DNA of 32,616 nt from Bdellovibrionales bacterium (lineage in GTDB: Bacteria; Bdellovibrionota; Bdellovibrionia; Bdellovibrionales; UBA840), in contig JAGRAL010000025.1 of NCBI GenBank assembly GCA_020434605.1, positions 1-32,616 of the forward strand, read 5' to 3'. Each line of letters starts with the position of its first letter. The stretch's first letter is position 1. Of this stretch, positions 1 to 8,627 are shown in pieces. The notes under the pieces were generated by a model. That model was not told where the DNA came from. It searched no databases and saw only the letters and a program-made list of their open reading frames with translations. The translations under genes and the position numbers were made by a program.

Positions 1-134
1 CTGTTGCGAAGAATAATACAAATGGATGGGATTATATTGAGTCTACAAACAGTGTTAAATTTTATGGTAGCGCTGTGCCTGCAGAAGGTGACTCTATCTC
101 TATCAACTTTGACCCAGCTGAGTTAGGCGAATAA
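1..134 (+). CDS. 3' end of a CDS that starts upstream of the window (last 43 codons, ...NGWDYIESTNSVKFYGSAVPAEGDSISINFDPAELGE*); probably a secreted protein, function unknown
   Basis: Open frame from position 3 to TAA at 132-134, followed 25 nt later by a perfect intrinsic terminator. The tail looks like a beta-strand-rich C-terminal module. Confidence 0.5.
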   Translation, partial: VAKNNTNGWDYIESTNSVKFYGSAVPAEGDSISINFDPAELGE

Positions 135-158
135 TTTAATACACAGAATCTTTCTTGG

Positions 159-190
159 GCCGATCATCTTTTTGATGATCGGCTTTTTTA
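159..190 (+). terminator. Rho-independent terminator
   Basis: Perfect 10-bp stem GCCGATCATC (159-168) / GATGATCGGC (174-183), 5-nt loop TTTTT, then TTTTTTATT. Confidence 0.85.
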
Positions 191-297
191 TTCAAATGTA
201 AAAGACTTATACAGTACCTAGTACCTAGTCCTTCATATCTGCCCTGACAATCAATAGATTCGTTTTAGCCGGTATGATCCTTGCTTTTTAGTACTAT

Positions 298-1515
298 ATG
301 TTACTAATTGCATTTTTAAGCTTATCTATAAACTCTTTATTTGCGCTAGATATACCCGCAGATATAGAAGACATATTTACGGTTTCTACAGAACCAAGGG
401 CTCGCCTGCTTGACGATGCAATTGATGCCAGTCTATTTGAAATCAACTTATTAAAGCCATCTACAAAAAACATCGGCCTTAGAAGCCTTGTGTTTATTGA
501 TAACCGCCCAATACTGCAAGATCCATTAAACCTTTCAAAGTCCACTTTTTTATTCTCTAAGAGAGAGGTTTTAAACGACATCGAAAAACGCGTAGGCGAT
601 GATTTTCAAATTCCAGACAACTTATATAACAGAGTTAGCTTTTGGTACGATATATACACCCAATATGACTCAAACCACATTGTCTTTCATGATTCAGATA
701 GCCCATGGATTATCTACAAAGTTGTGGATATTACGCCAGTATTAAGCCAGCCTAAAAAACACAAGTGGACTAAGTATCACGAATCGCAAAAACTAATCGT
801 TACGACAAGAAAACACATATCTAAAATTTTGATTTCGCTTTCTAAAAAGAAAAACTACAAAGCCCTAAACACAGAAGAGTATGAAATCTTTAAAAAGTTT
901 TCTGGCCTTAGAAATCCACGCGCTAGCATAAAGGGTGCGGCAAAAAGACTTAGATCGCAAACAGGTCAAAAAAATTATTTCCAAGCCGGCTTAGTAAGGT
1001 CAACTGAACACTTGCCAAAGATGGAACAGATTTTTATTTCTTACGGCCTACCTCCAGAGTTAACAAGAATTCCCTTGGTTGAAAGTAGTTTTGACGTAAG
1101 TGCTTATTCTAAGGTCGGAGCCTCTGGTGTTTGGCAGATCATGCCTTACATTGCCAAGCAATTCGGAATACTAAACAAAAAGCATGACGGTAGATCTGAC
1201 ATTATTTCTTCTACACGCGTTGCCGCAAAACTATTAAAAGAAAAACATTCTATTTTAAAAGAGTGGCCTTTATCTATCACTGCCTACAACCACGGGCCGG
1301 GTGGTATTAAAAAAGCTGTAAAGCTTGTTAAATCGTCGGATTTAGGAAAAATTTTAGAAAAGTATAATAGCAAAAGATTTGGTTTCGCTTCTCAAAATTT
1401 TTACGCCTGCTTTTTAGCATCGCTCTTTGCTGAGAGATATCAGGATTCTATTTTTACCAATCTTGACCCGGTGCTTGTTGGATCCATTGTTCCATCTGAA
1501 ACAAGTAAGAATTAA
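298..1515 (+). CDS. Lytic transglycosylase domain protein (SLT/GH23 family, MltD-like catalytic core) with N-terminal signal peptide
   Basis: Catalytic-Glu motif region LVESSFDVSAYSKVGASGVWQIMP followed by AYNHGPGG, typical of family-1 lytic transglycosylases. Hydrophobic N-terminus MLLIAFLSLSINSLFA. Confidence 0.8.
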   Translation: MLLIAFLSLSINSLFALDIPADIEDIFTVSTEPRARLLDDAIDASLFEINLLKPSTKNIGLRSLVFIDNRPILQDPLNLSKSTFLFSKREVLNDIEKRVGDDFQIPDNLYNRVSFWYDIYTQYDSNHIVFHDSDSPWIIYKVVDITPVLSQPKKHKWTKYHESQKLIVTTRKHISKILISLSKKKNYKALNTEEYEIFKKFSGLRNPRASIKGAAKRLRSQTGQKNYFQAGLVRSTEHLPKMEQIFISYGLPPELTRIPLVESSFDVSAYSKVGASGVWQIMPYIAKQFGILNKKHDGRSDIISSTRVAAKLLKEKHSILKEWPLSITAYNHGPGGIKKAVKLVKSSDLGKILEKYNSKRFGFASQNFYACFLASLFAERYQDSIFTNLDPVLVGSIVPSETSKN

Positions 1516-3683
1516 TTCCACCTTGGAAGTATATTAACTGTTTTATTTCCTGTTAGAACCTCATACTGTGTAACGATTCCTTTTTCATCAAATATTTGAA
1601 TACTCTGCGAACCGTTCGCTATGTCATATATCATAAAGCCCACAATTTCTTTCCATCTGCTTACTAGCTGATTAGATGGTATAATCTTAGATTCTATATC
1701 AAAGTAAACCATTTGCTTTTCTGTGAGCTCATAATTATTTAAGAAAATTCCTGAAAACTCTCCGGGTTCAACAAAACCAATGATTGCATTCGAAAATAGT
1801 TTAGCGTTAAGCACTTGAGAGAGTTTATCCGTACCAAGGTATTTAATTTGTATTCTTTTTTGAGTGCTCGGCAAATTCACTCTATACGTAAAGCGCCCTT
1901 CTCTTTCTTTAAACTCTAGAATGTTATATGCTGATGATCTAATAGACTTTATCTTCATTGGATTAGATGGTGCAGCCACAACTGTTGATCCCGGTATGTA
2001 GACCTCAAGACTTGTCTCTGATTTAGTGTCTCCATCAAAGAACGTTACTTTTTGCTCAACTACATTATCCATTTCTACATCTAAATATGTTATGTTTTGT
2101 CTAAATACTTCTATACTTCTTTGAATTGTTTTTCCTTGATACTCAAACGAGACACTATGAATACCTGGAGTGACACCTGCGAAAATAAAATATCCGTTTT
2201 TAGTAGTAGCGTACAAATCTTTTTGAGGCAGATAGGCGTGGTTTAAGTACGCTGGTCCAAACGCATCTTGATCGGTGATTTTTACCATAACCCCACTGGC
2301 GTCTTTAAAATTCTTTATCTTGCCCCAAACAATTCCATGATTACCAACTAAGCCCTTAGAGTAGCCTTGCTCTTTTAAAGTTTCTAGTAAAGCGTTTACC
2401 ATCGAGTCTTCAAACATATGCACAAAAACTTTTTCGCCTGCCTCTATATACTTTGTAGTTGTCCAGTTTCCGTAACCTTTAAACTGTAGATTTTGCTGTG
2501 AACCATTTTTAATTAACTTGTTTTCAATTTTACCTTCGTAATCTGTTGAGTATACTGCTGGCTCCATTGGCTGGCTTATATTCACGTTAGGTGATTTTTC
2601 AATATAATCGTCAAATGAGTAGGCCGATATAGTTTGAATATTTAAACCGTTATACTTTGGAGCAAGTGGAATATGAAAACCTGATAGCTCATAGGTGTCA
2701 TTGGGAAGTCCTTCTAGAGGTATTTCACCCTCTCCAACCACAAAACCGTCTCGGTCAATCACTACCGCTTTTATTTCGCCCACTAAATTAGAAATAGGAA
2801 TTTCAAAAGTGGCACTTGACCAATTTATGAATCCCTTATCGTAAATTACACCATCAATTTCATGAACAATCTGCAGATCTTGTTGCCCAAATAAAAACCC
2901 CATGCCATTTGTAAATTCAAAGGTACCTTTTAAAACCTGAGCCTTGTTTGTATCATCACCCAAAAGTGATTTACCGTTGCCTGGCTCTATACTGTCGAAA
3001 CCCTTACCTGTGTCCGGAGTTCTTGGTGGCTTTGTATATTCATTTTTTACAAGTAGATTTGTTGGAACATATGTTGTTTTATCAGTCGGCTCAGTTAACC
3101 TACCGCTATTGATAATAAGAGTAGGTTTCTCTGTGTTTTCTAATGCCATTGATAAATCATTGAATATTTTTTCTTTATTCTCAGTAATGCTCGTGTTTTC
3201 TGTCGCTCCATCTTCCCAGATGTATTTTTTTACTTCTTCCTCTATGCTTGGCTGTGACCAATCTTCAAAAAGTATTTGATCTACATCGCCTGCTTGTAAG
3301 AGCCGCGTGGTTTGTTGTGGGGTAAGATTTGCGGCAATTTTTCCAATCATGTTGTCTTTATCAATTTGTCTCTTAACCATTAGGATTTCGCTTTTACTTA
3401 CCGTCACCCCTTCTTCAAAAGTAATAACGCGTGGACCTGATGGTGCACTAGCTGCCATAACCACAGATTGTTGGCTTAAATCTTCAGAAGAAAGTGTATT
3501 GAATGACAGGCTTACTTGTTCTTCATCAACTTGCGTGTCTCTAAGTGCCGCCAACGCTAATGATGTTTTTTCGAAACTCACCGTAAGCGGTTCTTGAAAA
3601 TAATAGAAATCAAAGTTTTGTGTGGACACACCAAACAGAGTGATGACGGCATATAGTAGTAGTGGCAGCTTCGTGTTGTTCAA
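1512..3683 (-). CDS. Secreted protein of unknown function, 723 aa, TTG start
   Basis: 2.2-kb uninterrupted frame in AT-rich DNA. Signal-peptide-like N-terminus MNNTKLPLLLYAVITLFGVSTQ. One segment (GYFIFAGVTPGIHSVSFEYQGKTIQRSIEV) resembles carboxypeptidase-regulatory-like beta-sandwich folds. No catalytic motif recognised. Confidence 0.7.
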   Translation of the reverse strand: MNNTKLPLLLYAVITLFGVSTQNFDFYYFQEPLTVSFEKTSLALAALRDTQVDEEQVSLSFNTLSSEDLSQQSVVMAASAPSGPRVITFEEGVTVSKSEILMVKRQIDKDNMIGKIAANLTPQQTTRLLQAGDVDQILFEDWSQPSIEEEVKKYIWEDGATENTSITENKEKIFNDLSMALENTEKPTLIINSGRLTEPTDKTTYVPTNLLVKNEYTKPPRTPDTGKGFDSIEPGNGKSLLGDDTNKAQVLKGTFEFTNGMGFLFGQQDLQIVHEIDGVIYDKGFINWSSATFEIPISNLVGEIKAVVIDRDGFVVGEGEIPLEGLPNDTYELSGFHIPLAPKYNGLNIQTISAYSFDDYIEKSPNVNISQPMEPAVYSTDYEGKIENKLIKNGSQQNLQFKGYGNWTTTKYIEAGEKVFVHMFEDSMVNALLETLKEQGYSKGLVGNHGIVWGKIKNFKDASGVMVKITDQDAFGPAYLNHAYLPQKDLYATTKNGYFIFAGVTPGIHSVSFEYQGKTIQRSIEVFRQNITYLDVEMDNVVEQKVTFFDGDTKSETSLEVYIPGSTVVAAPSNPMKIKSIRSSAYNILEFKEREGRFTYRVNLPSTQKRIQIKYLGTDKLSQVLNAKLFSNAIIGFVEPGEFSGIFLNNYELTEKQMVYFDIESKIIPSNQLVSRWKEIVGFMIYDIANGSQSIQIFDEKGIVTQYEVLTGNKTVNILPRWN

Positions 3684-3736
3684 TCTATCGATTCCATTCG
3701 AAGTTGAGTATTCAATTACTATCCATTTAATTGTAT

Positions 3737-4204
3737 TTAGAAAGCGCGAAAGTCGTCAATAACGTTAGTCTTTTTATAACGTTTGACTAGGTAGTCTTTA
3801 ATCTTTTGAGCAAGCTCATTTTCCATCTCAGGATTGCGACAGCAAATCACATATCTTGGTTTTTCGCGTGGGCCGCTGACCAATTCTTCTATATCGATTT
3901 TAATATTTAGAGTGTAAGGTCTAGTGATTTCATTAATACTTACACGCGCATAGGCTCTCTCGGCAGGAGGCCCCTTTTTAACCTGCGCCTTTCGACGATA
4001 ATAGAGAGGCACGGCATAGGCTTTGGTCGAATAGTTTCTTCCGTTTTCACTTACAGATGAAATTGGCGCTGGCAGGTTTTGCTTAATGGCGTCGTGAATA
4101 TAGTTAATTGGATAGTCAAGATCACCTAGCTTTGAACCTGTAGCACAAGAGATAAGGACTAAGGTCAATAGAAGGTAGCCAAATGAGTATCTATGAGTAC
4201 TCAT
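3737..4204 (-). CDS. Lipoprotein of unknown function (155 aa)
   Basis: Lipobox L-I-S-C in [23 protein letters not shown]. The ATG overlaps the tal stop (ATGA at 4201-4204), implying translational coupling. Confidence 0.65.
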   Translation of the reverse strand: MSTHRYSFGYLLLTLVLISCATGSKLGDLDYPINYIHDAIKQNLPAPISSVSENGRNYSTKAYAVPLYYRRKAQVKKGPPAERAYARVSINEITRPYTLNIKIDIEELVSGPREKPRYVICCRNPEMENELAQKIKDYLVKRYKKTNVIDDFRAF

Positions 4205-4845
4205 TTTTTAGCTGATTCCCAGTCTTTTAGAAACTGTTGAATACCTTTATCCGTTAGTGGATGATTACACAACTGCTGCATTACTTTAAAAGGAATCGTA
4301 GCTACGTGCGCACCCATCAAGGCCGCCTCTAGTATATGAGCAGGATTTCGAATGCTTGCTACTAAAATTTCAGTTTTGAAATGGTAATTGCGATAGATTT
4401 CAACTATTTGAGCTATCAAATCCATCCCGTTTGTTCCAATATCATCTAATCTACCAACAAATGGAGAGCAATATGTCGCCCCTGCCTTTGCTACCAGAAG
4501 CGCTTGAATAGGCGAAAATACTAATGTTACATTTGTTTTGATACCGTCAGCAGCAAACCTTCTCGTTGCCACTAGACCTTCTTCTGTCATGGGAACTTTA
4601 ATCACTATGTTTTCAGAGATTTTTGCTAGCTCAAGACCCTCTTTATACATGCCCTCTGCGTCTAGACTTATAACTTCGGCACTGATTGGGCCTTTTACAA
4701 CAGAGGCGATATCTTTAATGACTTCTACAAAATCTCTGCCGCTTTTAGCGATCAGGCTTGGATTTGTAGTTACGCCATCCACCCAACCTCTTTGGTTAGC
4801 TTTTTTTATTTCTTCGATTTCAGCAGTATCTATGAAAAACTTCAT
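4201..4845 (-). CDS. tal: Short-form transaldolase / fructose-6-phosphate aldolase (family 3B)
   Basis: [39 protein letters not shown]... plus the IVIKVPMT Schiff-base lysine region. 214 aa is typical of TalB-type 3B / FSA enzymes. Confidence 0.9.
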   Translation of the reverse strand: MKFFIDTAEIEEIKKANQRGWVDGVTTNPSLIAKSGRDFVEVIKDIASVVKGPISAEVISLDAEGMYKEGLELAKISENIVIKVPMTEEGLVATRRFAADGIKTNVTLVFSPIQALLVAKAGATYCSPFVGRLDDIGTNGMDLIAQIVEIYRNYHFKTEILVASIRNPAHILEAALMGAHVATIPFKVMQQLCNHPLTDKGIQQFLKDWESAKK

Positions 4846-4883
4846 AACGAACTCCTAGTTGAATGAACGATACCTTGATTCAC

Positions 4884-5411
4884 TTATGTTGTAAAATCCA
4901 CGAGGTTTTTGCTCTGCGCATAAAAATACACCTTTCCTTTGTATTTGTCAGCTGATTCTATTTGCAAGAGGCTTCGTTCAATAATTGGATGCTCATAACC
5001 TGGCAAAATTTCACTAGCTGGCACTAAATACTCCGCTTTTTGATGTAAACCCGGATGAGGCAATGTAAGGGTTGGCAACATTAGTATTTCATCTTCGTGG
5101 CAAAGCAGTTCTATTTGTACAAACTCTTTTTCTAGTTTTGAATTTTCCTGCTGCTCAATTGTTTTTACAACCCTATGAAGATCTTTGGTCTCGCCATCAA
5201 AGTATACATGAACAACATAACAAAGACTTTGTCCCATAAAAGTAACGGCATCTGTATGCTGATGACTTTCTGTAAAGTCACTTTTTACTTCATAAATAGA
5301 GGAAACTTTTTGAATGCGCACGGCCTGATGGATAGCCTTCTGAATAGCTTGCAATTGATTTAAGTTTTTTGCTCCATTGTGTACAATAGAAAGTAGAGCT
5401 CCGCGTTCCAC
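4884..5411 (-). CDS. folK: Probable 2-amino-4-hydroxy-6-hydroxymethyldihydropteridine diphosphokinase (HPPK), divergent
   Basis: C-terminal pattern LTLPHPGLHQKAEYLVPASEILPGYEHP matches the HPPK signature (L.IPHP....R.FVL.PL.EI.P....HP), and the size (175 aa) fits. The N-terminal GSN-type motif is degenerate (VHNGAKN). Confidence 0.5.
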   Translation of the reverse strand: MERGALLSIVHNGAKNLNQLQAIQKAIHQAVRIQKVSSIYEVKSDFTESHQHTDAVTFMGQSLCYVVHVYFDGETKDLHRVVKTIEQQENSKLEKEFVQIELLCHEDEILMLPTLTLPHPGLHQKAEYLVPASEILPGYEHPIIERSLLQIESADKYKGKVYFYAQSKNLVDFTT

Positions 5412-5412
5412 A

Positions 5413-6072
5413 TTACCCCTTTAAAACATCGGCCATAGTGTAAAGGCCTGCTTTTTTACGTGTAACAAATTTAGCTGCCTTTAAGGCACCCTCGGCAAAG
5501 AGTTTTCTTGAAAGTGCCGTGTGTTGTATCGTGATCGTTTCAGATGGACCCATGATGTGAACTGTATGCTCTCCAAAAATTCCACCACCTCTGATCGCAG
5601 TACAATCAGGAATTGTTTTTCCTAGGGCAGACTCTAGTTCTTTTTTAAGTACCAGTGCCGTTCCTGATGGTGAATCTTTTTTATGTATATGATGGCTTTC
5701 TGAAATATGAAAGCTCCAGTCTTTTATATCTTTTAAGTTTTGAAACATTTGCTTAACGACTTGCACACCAAGACTTGTGTTTGCAGCCCATAAAACTGGT
5801 ATGGCTTCGCTTGCTTTTTTTAATTTATCGAACGCCTCTTGCTTTAAACCTGTTGTGCCAGATACAAATGCTATTTTATTTTTTACACACAGGTCGAGTG
5901 CTGTCGAAAATGTTTCTGGGGACGAAAAATCAATCACCACATCTGCCGCTTCCGCAAATGCAAGTTGATCTTTACTAGAAAATCCTTTTACACAAATATC
6001 ATTTGATTCTTTTGCTGCCGATAAAATTTCACCGCCCATTCTACCAGTAGCGCCTATTAGATAAAACTTCAT
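5413..6072 (-). CDS. dapB: 4-hydroxy-tetrahydrodipicolinate reductase (compact, 219 aa)
   Basis: N-terminal Rossmann motif MKFYLIGATGRMGGE and DapB signature ESHHIHKKDSPSGTAL. Lies next to dapA and dapF. Confidence 0.9.
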   Translation of the reverse strand: MKFYLIGATGRMGGEILSAAKESNDICVKGFSSKDQLAFAEAADVVIDFSSPETFSTALDLCVKNKIAFVSGTTGLKQEAFDKLKKASEAIPVLWAANTSLGVQVVKQMFQNLKDIKDWSFHISESHHIHKKDSPSGTALVLKKELESALGKTIPDCTAIRGGGIFGEHTVHIMGPSETITIQHTALSRKLFAEGALKAAKFVTRKKAGLYTMADVLKG

Positions 6073-6947
6073 ATTATCTCTAACCTTTCTAGCTCTTTAT
6101 CGATCTCACCTGCCAAGCTTGCGGTGCAAGTCACTAACGGCAACCTAAGTTCATCCGACTCAATAATTCCCATCTTTTTTAAAATGTATTTTACAGGAGC
6201 AGGGTTAGGTTCTTTAAAAAGTAAGTTTGTTAGCATCTCATATTTTTTGAATTTCTCTACAACCGAAGAATCTTTTTTTACCGCGCTATTTAATGCTTCT
6301 ACTGTTTCTTTTGGTATAACGTGTGACAAAACAGAAATGCAGCCTACTCCGCCCAGAAGACTTTGTTGCAAGAAGGTTCCGTCATCACCGCTTAGAAGAG
6401 AAAAGTTTGCCTCAACCGTATCAACAATATCTTTAGCCAAAGACATGTCGCCACTAGCTTCTTTAATACCAACAATGGCCTTGTGCTTACTTAAAGCAGC
6501 ACAAGTTTTTGCGCTCATTGATGTAACCGTTCTTGACGGAACATTATAGAGTATCAGTGGAACATCGGCTTCATTGGCAACTGCCGTAAAGTGCTGTAAC
6601 AAACCCTCTTGTGTAGGCTTGTTGTAGTATGGAACTACAACAAGAGCAGCATCTGCTCCCCACTTTTTAGCGCGCAGACTTGCCTCGATCGTTTTTTTTG
6701 TTGAATTAGATCCTGTTCCTAAAATAATCGGAAAGTTTTTGGGCACATGTTTTTTTACAAATAGATATATTTCTTCAACTTCATTCGGCTCTAGCGTTGG
6801 GCTTTCTGCTGTTGTCCCGTTGACAACAAAACCCTGCACTCCTCCGGCGATTTGTGAATCTATTAATTTCTTCAGTGAATTAAAATCAACTTTCTGATTT
6901 TTAAACGGTGTGATTAACGCCGTAATAATTCCTTGCGGTTTATACAT
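6069..6947 (-). CDS. dapA: 4-hydroxy-tetrahydrodipicolinate synthase
   Basis: GIITALITPF...VNGTTAESPTL...VVPYYNKPTQEG...GIKEASGD (active-site Lys region). 292 aa. 4-nt overlap with dapB. Confidence 0.95.
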   Translation of the reverse strand: MYKPQGIITALITPFKNQKVDFNSLKKLIDSQIAGGVQGFVVNGTTAESPTLEPNEVEEIYLFVKKHVPKNFPIILGTGSNSTKKTIEASLRAKKWGADAALVVVPYYNKPTQEGLLQHFTAVANEADVPLILYNVPSRTVTSMSAKTCAALSKHKAIVGIKEASGDMSLAKDIVDTVEANFSLLSGDDGTFLQQSLLGGVGCISVLSHVIPKETVEALNSAVKKDSSVVEKFKKYEMLTNLLFKEPNPAPVKYILKKMGIIESDELRLPLVTCTASLAGEIDKELERLEII

Positions 6948-7695
6948 AAAACTCTCCCTGGCATATACGCTCAGCAGATCCGATTAAAAATAGCTTCTCA
7001 TCAACAATTTGTACCGTTAAGTTTCCGCCTGGCATCGAAATGGGAACTTGGCTTTGTTTTGATTTTTTAAAAATGGCGACACCGCAAGCTGCTGCCCCAG
7101 TGCCACAAGCTAGAGTAAACCCTTCTACTCCTCTTTCAAATGTCTTGGCTATGTAGGTGTCATTTTCTTTGTAATAAAAACTTACGTTGGCGCCGTACTC
7201 CCCGGCCATCTTATGCCATCGATATTCTTTAATATAAGAGAAGACATCTTCATCTTTATGAACCTCTACAGCAAAGTGTGGAACCCCTGTATCAACATAC
7301 ACAACATTTTCTTCTACTTGTTCAAAGTTTTTATACGGCGGCATCTCTACAGAAAATTTGTCTTCAATTTTTTTAAGACCTACCAAGCCGGCACCTGTTT
7401 GTAATACCGCGCTCGCCAAGTGTTGCTCTTTATATATGTGCAAAGCTACGCATCTAGCAGCGTTACCACACATAGCCGCAAATGAACCGTCTGAATTAAA
7501 GAAATCCCACGCAAACATGTCGTCTTGTTTTTTTATGATAACAAGACCATCTGCGCCAACACCGTAATGTCTATCACAAATTTTTTTACTAAGCTCTTGG
7601 GCAGAAGTTTTAAGCGTGTCATTTGGCAGGTCATCTATAATAATAAAATCGTTGCCTGCACCCTGATATTTAAAAAAGTTAATTTTCTCCATCAT
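6940..7695 (-). CDS. dapF: Diaminopimelate epimerase
   Basis: FFKYQGAGNDFIIID, MCGNAARC and ACGTGAAA (the two catalytic Cys motifs). I place the start at the ATGATG at 7690-7695 (MMEKINFF...). The track start at 7734 adds a basic 13-aa extension that overlaps a better-supported small lipoprotein ORF in another frame. Confidence 0.9.
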   Translation of the reverse strand: MMEKINFFKYQGAGNDFIIIDDLPNDTLKTSAQELSKKICDRHYGVGADGLVIIKKQDDMFAWDFFNSDGSFAAMCGNAARCVALHIYKEQHLASAVLQTGAGLVGLKKIEDKFSVEMPPYKNFEQVEENVVYVDTGVPHFAVEVHKDEDVFSYIKEYRWHKMAGEYGANVSFYYKENDTYIAKTFERGVEGFTLACGTGAAACGVAIFKKSKQSQVPISMPGGNLTVQIVDEKLFLIGSAERICQGEFYV

Positions 7696-7822
7696 TGGTC
7701 TTCTTTTTCGTTTGATTGTCTTGTCCCCAATCAAACGGCTTTGTAGGAGGAACAGGGTCTCCCTTGATTCCGCAAGAAACTAAAAACAATGTTGCTGCTA
7801 AGCATATTAGGACTAACTTCAT
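7679..7822 (-). CDS. Small lipoprotein, LptM/YifL-like (47 aa), not in the ORF track
   Basis: My translation: MKLVLICLAATLFLVSCGIKGDPVPPTKPFDWGQDNQTKKKTNDGEN*. Lipobox LVSC, followed by G-x-K-G-x-P-x-P-P as in the YifL/LptM family. AAGGA sits 6-7 nt upstream. The ATG overlaps the TGA of the upstream gene (ATGA at 7819-7822). The position immediately 5' of dapF matches E. coli yifL(lptM)-dapF. Confidence 0.6.
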   Translation of the reverse strand: MKLVLICLAATLFLVSCGIKGDPVPPTKPFDWGQDNQTKKKTNDGEN

Positions 7823-8592
7823 TCTGATTCCTTATTCTTACAGGAATATACCAAGTTTTTTATAGGGGGCAACGATGAAGACTTTGAATTGCACAACTCG
7901 TTATACTTTTCGATGTCTTTTGAGTTATCTTGGCTCAAACCAGCACTTGCCTCTGATCGAAACCAGTAAAACTCGCTAAATTCAGGAAATTTTTTTATGG
8001 CTATATCCATTTCTTTTACTAGCTTTGCATACTCCTTGTTTACATAGAGAGAGGCCGCAATAATGTAAAAGCTTTCTAAGCCACCCCCAACCGCCGCAAT
8101 TTGCATACTGTTGGGAATAAATATTGATTTTTTGCATACAGAGGCCTGTGCTTGCAAAAACAATCCCGCCTCGTGCCAAGGATGGTTTGATAGAAGTGAC
8201 TCTAGCTGTGAGGCTGCTGAATCGCACTCATCCAATAGCATATGCGCTCTGGCAATCCTGGCCTCTATTAGCACGTTGCCCTCTTCTATTTTTAAGGCTT
8301 CTTTATAAACATCTATGGCTTGTTTTGTGTCGTTTGCGACAAGTGATTCTGCCGTTTCTAGCAACTGCTGACCTTTTTCGGTGAATAGCATCTCACCAAT
8401 TTTATTCATGGATGATACTAATTTTTTAGCCGCAGCTTTATTTTGATTTTCTTTTTCTACAGAAAAGCGAAGTATTTGTAGCGCTTTCTCACGGTCTCTT
8501 TGCAGAGCAAGCGTTTGCGCCTTCTTGATAATATCTTCGTGGTTCTCTTGTACTGTTGCGCTGAATGCAAATAGAAAAATTAATAATATCAT
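7819..8592 (-). CDS. Helical-repeat (TPR-like) exported protein, function unknown
   Basis: Hydrophobic N-terminus MILLIFLFAFSATVQ, then Ala/Leu/Lys/Glu-rich helical-repeat sequence. 257 aa. Co-directional with ftsK (35-nt gap). Confidence 0.6.
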   Translation of the reverse strand: MILLIFLFAFSATVQENHEDIIKKAQTLALQRDREKALQILRFSVEKENQNKAAAKKLVSSMNKIGEMLFTEKGQQLLETAESLVANDTKQAIDVYKEALKIEEGNVLIEARIARAHMLLDECDSAASQLESLLSNHPWHEAGLFLQAQASVCKKSIFIPNSMQIAAVGGGLESFYIIAASLYVNKEYAKLVKEMDIAIKKFPEFSEFYWFRSEASAGLSQDNSKDIEKYNELCNSKSSSLPPIKNLVYSCKNKESE

Positions 8593-8627
8593 GGCCCTAT
8601 TTTAATCCTCAGCCACTTTACGTCAAG

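Noticed and set aside
294-581. 95-aa minus-strand ORF overlapping the 5' end of the lytic transglycosylase gene.
   Set aside because: It is an antisense shadow of a well-supported CDS, with no RBS and low-complexity Ser/Ile/Asn composition typical of out-of-frame translation.
2944-3597. Plus-strand ORFs 2944-3279 and 3307-3597. The same class includes 4538-4858, 5775-5978, 6124-6549, 7213-7746, 8111-8384, 9082-10212, 12216-13382, 17787-18198, 19717-19926, 20767-21036, 23106-23882, 24796-25332, 25626-25832, 27957-28145, 29048-29916 and 29991-30617.
   Set aside because: All lie entirely antisense or out of frame within long CDSs that have clear family motifs. Their translations are Ser/Leu/Phe/Cys-rich shadow sequences without motifs or RBSs.
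7696-7734. Upstream ATG (7734) that would give a 264-aa DapF with the N-terminal extension MIGDKTIKRKRRP.
   Set aside because: There is no RBS. The extension is not part of the conserved DapF N-terminus (M..F.K..G.GNDF). It also overlaps the better-supported LptM-like lipoprotein ORF in another frame.
7982-8227. 81-aa alternative-frame minus-strand ORF inside the TPR-like gene.
   Set aside because: It is nested out of frame within a longer ORF on the same strand, with no independent RBS or motif.
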